Below, one piece after another: positions 27,453 through 33,815 of a stretch of 33,815 nt of DNA. The position numbers were made by a program, and so were the translations under genes. How positions within the stretch are numbered: the first letter of the stretch is position 1; each line of letters starts with the position of its first letter. The DNA is from Reclinomonas americana ATCC 50394 (Eukaryota): positions 62,001 through 95,815 of the forward strand of contig PS015222.1 of assembly GCA_048213135.1 (NCBI GenBank), written 5' to 3'. Under the pieces are notes generated by a model. The model saw only the letters and a list, made by a program, of their open reading frames with translations. It ran no database searches and had not been told where the DNA came from.

Positions 27453-28615
27453 TCAGTCGACTTTCTTGCCGTCGTCGAGAGGCCGCATGGTGTCGTTGAC
27501 TGTGTAGCCGAGCGCGTACAGCAGTATGCCCAGGAACGCAAAGTCGCACCCGTAGAATGCTGCGCAGGCAACCAAACAACCATCAGATCGCTCGCTCTAC
27601 TCATCTTTTCTTCCGATCGACGACGACGACGCACCGAGAACAAACATGTTTCCGTACAGAACCTCAAAGCGGTAGCACAGTTCCGCATGGACGAAGGGAC
27701 TGACGGCAAAGGCAATGGCGCCGACCGTAGCCATCAGCAGACCGCCCACCTGCGGTGCGTTGAGTGGCGTCGACGGGGACAGCAGGCACCACCACACCAA
27801 CGCCATGGCCGCCAGCACCGTCATACCAATGTACAGCGCCTCCGAGACAAACGCCACACGCCATGCCGTGCCAACACGATGCACGGTCATGGCGGCCACC
27901 AAGTACAGCGTGCCGAGCACAGGCGGCGACGCGATCCAGCCGACAAGACGCGACAAACCAGACGCGGTGGCGCCTGCAGGACGCGACAACTCCAACGCAC
28001 GCGACACCGTGTACGCCGCGGCCGCCAAGCAGAACGACGACGCACTAGTGAGCGCAGTGTCGGCCGACAGAAAGTACGAGTAGAGGCGTCGCGGCGCCTC
28101 GTCGCCCAACTCCGCCTCCATGGCCAATCGTCGCAAAATGCAGTGCGCCACCGCAGCCGTCACATTCATGGCCCCAAAGAAGAGCAGCGCCATGGCCAGC
28201 CACGCACGCACTCGCTGCACCACTGCCGCACCCCACTTGTCCTCCTCCCCGCGTCGATACAGGCGACAGCAGAAGCGCATCACGCGTGGCCACACCAGCA
28301 TCAGCGCGCCCACCACTCCAATGAGCGCCCCAGTCAAGCACGCAGTCCACAGTGCCGGCCAGTCGACAGCTCCCACACTGTTGGCGCGCCCGTATGACTG
28401 ACACCGCGGTGCAAACATAAAGGCCTCCAGCCAGTTCTGCGCGCGTCGTGAGCGCAGCCAGAGAGTCAGGTCGGGGAACATGTCCTCCAGAACCATATCT
28501 GCAGTGATGCCCAAGAGGCCCATGGTGATCTCTCTCGCACAACGCAAAGTGAACAGAAGTGTGTGATTGGAGTTTGGATGGACCAATCACCGGTGTTTCT
28601 CTTCGCGAATGGCAT
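27453..28615 (-). CDS. Multi-pass membrane protein of unknown function (about 7-8 hydrophobic segments); start uncertain
   Basis: Long ORF 27597..28586 with repeated hydrophobic stretches. A GT-AG intron near the 3' end leads to the last exon AFYGCDFAFLGILLYALGY...KKVD*. Confidence 0.65.
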
Positions 28616-29053
28616 CACGGGTGAGTGCGCCCCACTGTGGTGAAAGAGAGAGAGCGCGGGGTGTGTGTGGGGGGAGGAGTGTTCACTGCGTGAGCCTGTG
28701 TGCCATCGTGCGTGTGCGTCTCTTTGGTTGTGAGATGTCATGGCCAAGAGTACCCCCACACGCACACACACACACACGCACGCGCACACACACTGCCGCC
28801 ACTGTGTAAGAAGACGGAGGAGTACAAATGAGAGAGTGCGAGACACTGCGCTCTTCTCTACGGTTGCACTTACACACGCGCATCACAAACACAACAATGC
28901 ATGAGTTCGACGCGCGCGCGTTGTCGGATAATCTACTGCTCTCTCTCACACACTCACACACACACTCTCTCTCACACACGCGCGCGCACCACACACACTT
29001 CTCTCATTTGCCTCTTTTATCTCTTATGTGTGTGTGTGTGTTTCCAATCACAG

Positions 29054-29928
29054 GAACGCGACGGTGGTGCGGGCTTGTCACAAGCTGGTGGCGCTGGTGG
29101 CAATGGCGGTGGTGCCACTGCTGCAGGCGGGAATCAGTCGAGTGGTGGAAGTGCAGGAGGTGGCGGTGGAGGTGGAGGCGGCAGTCGCTCACGGGAGTTT
29201 GTCTTCAAGGTCATTATCGTCGGCGACTTGGCGTGCGGCAAGACGAGCCTGGTGCGTGTGTGTATGTGTGTGAAGGAGTGTGTGTGTGTCAGTGGGAAGG
29301 GGGTCAACGCGACGTGTGCCGTGTTCTGATTGCTATTGTTGTTATTTGTAGATCAAGCGCTACGTGCACGATGTGTTCACGTCCAACTACCGAGCGACTG
29401 TTGCGTTTCTGTCTGTCTCTCTGTGCGTGTCTGTGTGTGTGCTCAAGGCGCGTTTTGGGTGGGCAGATTGGTGTCGACTTTGCGATCAAGATGTTGCAGA
29501 TGCCAGGTGGCACGGTGGTGCGATTGCAGCTGTGGGATATTGCGGGTGCGTGGCACAGTGGTATCGCAACGGCACTTCACTTTGCTCACTCACGTGTTTC
29601 GCGGAACAGGGCAAGAACGATTCGGCAACATGACGCGCGTCTTTTACCGCGATGCCGTGGCGGCGATTGTAGTCTACGATGTGACACGGCCGATGACTTT
29701 CGAGGCGGTGCAAAAGTGGAAAAAGGACATTGACGACAAGGTGCGGCTGACGGATCGCAGCAATGCTCCGATTCCGTGTCTGTTGCTGGCCAACAAGGTG
29801 AGCGGATTGTCGATGATGATGATGGCGATGGCGATTGTATTTTGTTGATTTTTGGCGTTGCGGCGGCGGCGCAGTGCGATCTCGACGATGCGGTCGGCAA
29901 GTCAAAAGAGGAGCTGGATCGCTACTGC
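29054..29928 (+). CDS. RAB32: Rab32/Rab38-family small GTPase with a Gly-rich N-terminus; start unresolved and 3' end lost in the gap
   Basis: FKVIIVGDLACGKTSLIKRYVH, YRATIGVDFAIK, RLQLWDIAGQERFGNMTRVFY (WDIAGQE with Ile is characteristic of Rab32/38/29), KWKKDIDDKV and PCLLLANKCD. Confidence 0.88.
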
Positions 29929-30227
29929 NNNNNNNNNNNNNNNNNNNNNNNNNNNNNNNNNNNNNNNNNNNNNNNNNNNNNNNNNNNNNNNNNNNNNNNN
30001 NNNNNNNNNNNNNNNNNNNNNNNNNNNNNNNNNNNNNNNNNNNNNNNNNNNNNNNNNNNNNNNNNNNNNNNNNNNNNNNNNNNNNNNNNNNNNNNNNNNN
30101 NNNNNNNNNNNNNNNNNNNNNNNNNNNNNNNNNNNNNNNNNNNNNNNNNNNNNNNNNNNNNNNNNNNNNNNNNNNNNNNNNNNNNNNNNNNNNNNNNNNN
30201 NNNNNNNNNNNNNNNNNNNNNNNNNNN
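29929..30227. other. Assembly gap covering the Rab 3' end
   Basis: Run of N. Confidence 0.99.
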
Positions 30228-30315
30228 TGCGGGTTGGAGTGGCTGTACATTTTTTTGTTGAGACTCAAAAAGTAGATCGTCGCGGCGGCTGCACCACGTT
30301 CGCGCTGGCATATAA

Positions 30316-31451
30316 TTACAGCTGCGACCCTGATCGTAATGCCGCGAGTCTCTGAGAGAGCGCATCGAGTTCGGAAGACGACGCAGCGTCGGCGGCTGCT
30401 GCTGCCGACGATGCCGTCGTGGTGGTGGTCGTTGTTGTTGTGGAAGAAGAAGACGACGATGAGCCGCCAGCATCGCGCACCAGAGTTCCATCGGCAGCCA
30501 TGGCCACACGCTGTGGCCGGACCGCCTCGGCGACAGGCTGAGCAGCGGCCGTCCCACGCGGCAACCTCTGCGACGGAATCGGCTTGACCGTGGCCAGCTG
30601 CTCCCCCGTGACCTCCATAATCACCGCCTCCACCAGCGCATCTGCGTCGTCCTCGTACTGATCACTAATCCCCTCCACTGCATCCTCCATTTGCTCCTCC
30701 AGTACCTCGTTCTGTGGTGTTCGAGGGTGAGCGAGGATCATCGCCGACCTCCTGCTCATGTACAGGCCACGCAACTCGCATCATCTCCTGTGTCAGTCGC
30801 GCCACAGTCTGTGTGATCTCGGGCACGTTGGCCAGCTGATTCATGTGGTGCATGACATCGGCGCCCATTCGCAAGTGTCCAGTGGCCTTGATCATTGCTG
30901 GAGGAAGAAGAAGGAGAAGGAGAAGATCAGGACAAGGAACATGAGGAGAAGGAGGAGGTGCGAGAGGCACCTCTGGCATGCTGCAACTCCATCATCACTG
31001 AGTTGACGCGCGCCCGAGCCGCGTGCAGTCGATTGCGAGCCACCCGAGCATGCGCAATCTCCTTGGCCATTGTCCGCACCGCCTGCATCTCTTGTCGCTT
31101 GGCCACCGCCTGTGTCACACGAGTGTGTGAGAGCGAGAGAGGGAGAGAGAGAGTGAGAGTGAGATTTCGTGATGACCTTGCAGTTGCGCATCAACTTGCC
31201 CTCCTCCAGCTCCAGTCCTGTGCATGCGCGTAAGAGACAGCGCTCGCATGAGGAGAACGACTCTCTTTCCCCCTATTCTCTGTGAGTGTGCGCGCGCAAC
31301 GACGAATGCTGCGGTTGAGCTCTCGATCTTGGCTCTTGAGCTCTCTCTTCCACGCCTTGACCATGGCCTCACTCTCGGCTTGCCCGCGTGCCCCGAATGC
31401 GCCACCTCCGCCCTCGGCCTCAGAGCCCGCGCGATTGCCAAAGAGACCCAT
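30316..31451 (-). CDS. CHMP3: ESCRT-III subunit CHMP3/Vps24; 5 exons
   Basis: MGLFG..VKAWKRELKSQDRELNRSIR, VRTMAKEIAHARVARNRLHAARARVNSVMMELQ, VMHHMNQLANVPEI..LTQEMMR, and a C-terminal MIM-like LSQRLAALRS. Confidence 0.88.
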
Positions 31452-31505
31452 GTCACGGCGAGCTATGCTCACAAAGGGGCGAAACACTACACAAAAATTC
31501 ACTGC

Positions 31506-33119
31506 CTACCCTTTCTTGAGTAGTCTCTGCACGCGCTGCATGGCTGCGGCCTCGTCTCCAGCACTATCGTTGGTGTTCTCTATCGTGTGTCGTACGGCTT
31601 GCCACAGGTGTTCCATCTTGCGGGACCACGCTGTGTCGTCTTCGTTGGAGGCGGCAATCGGAAATACTGGCCACAGGCTGTGTCGGCGTACGCGACGCAG
31701 CAGTGCGGCGTGCTCCTCCGCTGGGACGGCGTCCATCTTGTTCAGCGCCACCAGCGCCGGTTTGCGAAGCAGTGTGGCGTCGTAGTGGTACAGTTCTGCG
31801 AAACAGGGAACAAAAGGTCAGTCCACTGCCTGCCTGCCTGCCTCCCTTATCCCCGGCCCGGTGCGTACCAAGCAGCAGCTGATCGAGTGCCTGTGTGGGC
31901 TCGATACGTGCCGTCTCCGCGTACTCCTGCTCGTCGCGCTTGTGGGGCTTCTTGCGGATGCCGGCCTTGTAGTGGCGTGCGGTGGCGTCGACCACAAACA
32001 GCAGCACCTTGGTGCGCACCACATGGCGCAGGAATTCGTGGCCGAGCCCAATGTTCATGTGCGCGCCGTCGATGAGGCCGGGAATGTCGGCCACATGCAG
32101 CGTCTCGTGGTCGGTGTAGCGCACCACGCCAATGTTGGGCCGCACTGTGGTGAACGCATAATCGGCAATGTCGGGTCGCGCGTGCGACGCGCGCCGCAGC
32201 AGCGTCGACTTGCCGGCATTCGGGTAGCCAATGAGGCCGACGTCGGCAATCACCTTGAGCTCCAGCTCAATCAGGCGGCTCTCGCCCGCGGTGCCGTCCG
32301 TGTGTTCTCGCGGCGCGCGGTTGGTGAACGACATGAAGTGCGCGTTGCCGAAGCCTGCGAAAGAGCAGAGATCAGTGTCGCGGGAGGAGAAGGGAGAGGC
32401 AGAGAGAGCGAGTAAGGAGACCTCCTTTGCCGCCCTTGGCCACCACCAGTCGCTTGCCGTGCTCGTTGAACTCGCTCATGAATCGTCGCTTGTAGCGCAC
32501 GCCTGCAAACGAGTGCTCGTCCTCCCCGTCGCCCTCGTCCTTTTGCTGCTGCTGCTGCTCGCCGTCGGTCTCCCGACACTCCCACAGCACCGTGCCCGGC
32601 GGCACCAGCACCATCAGATCGGGAGCATCCTTGCCGTGTCGGTGCGCGCCCATGCCTCCTCGCCCATTCTCCGCCGTCTGCAGCACCGGCAGCGGTGGAA
32701 GCGATCGACGCTGCTCCACGCACTCGACCACCACACTGCCTCCGCGCCCTCCATCGCCACCATCCGGGCCACCCCTGTACACGTGTGCGTGTGTGTGAGA
32801 GAGACAACGCGATGCACAAGAAAGGCGTTGGGGCGGAGACAACACAACATATCGCGCCGTTTCTCGCGCAGAAAGCTAGTGCATCCGTTTCCACCGTTTC
32901 CGCCCGTTGCGCGTAACCGTAGACGATCGATGAACACCGGGCCCTGTTCAACTCGCACGGCAGTGAGCGAGCGAGCAGAAAAAAAAAAGAAAATGCATTT
33001 GGAGACGCAACTGTTGGTCGGCCCTCTTTGTGCTCGCCGGGTTTGGGCAGCATTGGCTTGGGCACTGTGCGCCACGCGGCTGCGCTGCTCAGCAGCCGGC
33101 GATAAGCGCAGAAGAGCAT
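31506..33119 (-). CDS. MTG2: Obg-family GTPase, likely mitochondrial (MTG2/GTPBP5-like); 5 exons
   Basis: [105 protein letters not shown] and LNKMD. The Arg/Ser/Ala-rich N-terminus [18 protein letters not shown] resembles a transit peptide. Confidence 0.9.
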
Positions 33120-33815
33120 GTACGAAGGATAGTAGATTCGCCGTCCATCCGGTTGACCGGGAGTGCGAGTCGCCAATTGGCTTTTCATTGGCGATAAGTT
33201 GCGTTCCGTGAGCGGTGCTTCTTGTCCGTGTTGCCTGCATCGTTGCACGCCTCTTCCCTCCCCTGTGTGCTCTCTTTTCCCGTGTGTGTGTGTTTTGCGA
33301 GTCATGATGCATGAGGCGCGGGGAATGTTTTCCCTCTTTGTGTGTGTTTTTGTCGGCGAAATGTCGCGCACTCTTTTGTGCCCGAGTTCGGCCCTCTCTT
33401 CTTCTTCTGTCGCCTTCTCTCTCTTCAACTGTGTGCGATCTCGCGCGTGTCTGTGTGTGTAGAGTGAGAGTGGAGGCAGCATCGTGTTTGCGCAGGAGTT
33501 GTTGTGTCAGTTTGTGGATGTGTGTGTGTAAGGTGAACCGCCTCCCTTGTTTTTCACCACTCTTTTTCCGCCTTGCTCTCGCGCTCTTAGTCTCTCTCGC
33601 TGGTGCGTGCGTGCTCCTGTCGAGGTGCGCTGCTGTGCGCTGCATCGTAAGATTTTTTCCGCATCTCACTCTTTTGCATATTGCATCTTGTCCACGCGCC
33701 TCTCTCGCTGCTCTCTCTTCTCCCTCTGTTTATCTCCGCCTCCCCTTTGCTTATATGTGTGTGCGTGTCTCTCTCATGGTGGTATTGCGTGTGCCTTGAC
33801 GTGGCGGGGGGTGAT

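Noticed and set aside
26973-28397. 474-aa plus-strand ORF and other long ORFs such as 32231..33211, 5611..6330 and 32614..33669
   Set aside because: These are antisense or off-frame shadows of real genes in GC-rich sequence and have no recognisable motifs.
33120-33815. Possible additional gene at the right end
   Set aside because: Low-complexity CT/TG-rich sequence with no recognisable coding signal; probably promoter, UTR or intron of a gene outside the window.

Overview
Very gene-dense, intron-rich eukaryotic DNA, probably a protist; most introns are about 55-120 nt. There are three assembly gaps. I read twelve spliced protein-coding genes: the 3' end of a phosphoglucomutase, a SNF5/Sfh1 protein fused to an ADA2-type SWIRM domain, a DENN-GRAM/PH-DUF547 protein, a WD40 protein, a peroxisomal AidB/ACDH-11-like acyl-CoA dehydrogenase with an extra N-terminal domain, a Vac8-like acylated armadillo protein, DNA polymerase epsilon subunit 2, asparagine synthetase, a multi-pass membrane protein, Rab32/38, CHMP3/Vps24 and a mitochondrial Obg GTPase. 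The main surprise is in the splicing signals. At least 33 hand-inferred introns use a one-base-shifted donor, GTT-N-(C/A/T)-G(T), typically GTTGCGT, and most follow an exon that does not end in G. This donor type is described as a rare exception in humans but looks like a major class here. The window also holds a U12-type AT-AC intron in POLE2 and an intron that splits a start codon. All exon structures were inferred by hand from reading-frame continuity and remembered protein motifs, with no transcript data.
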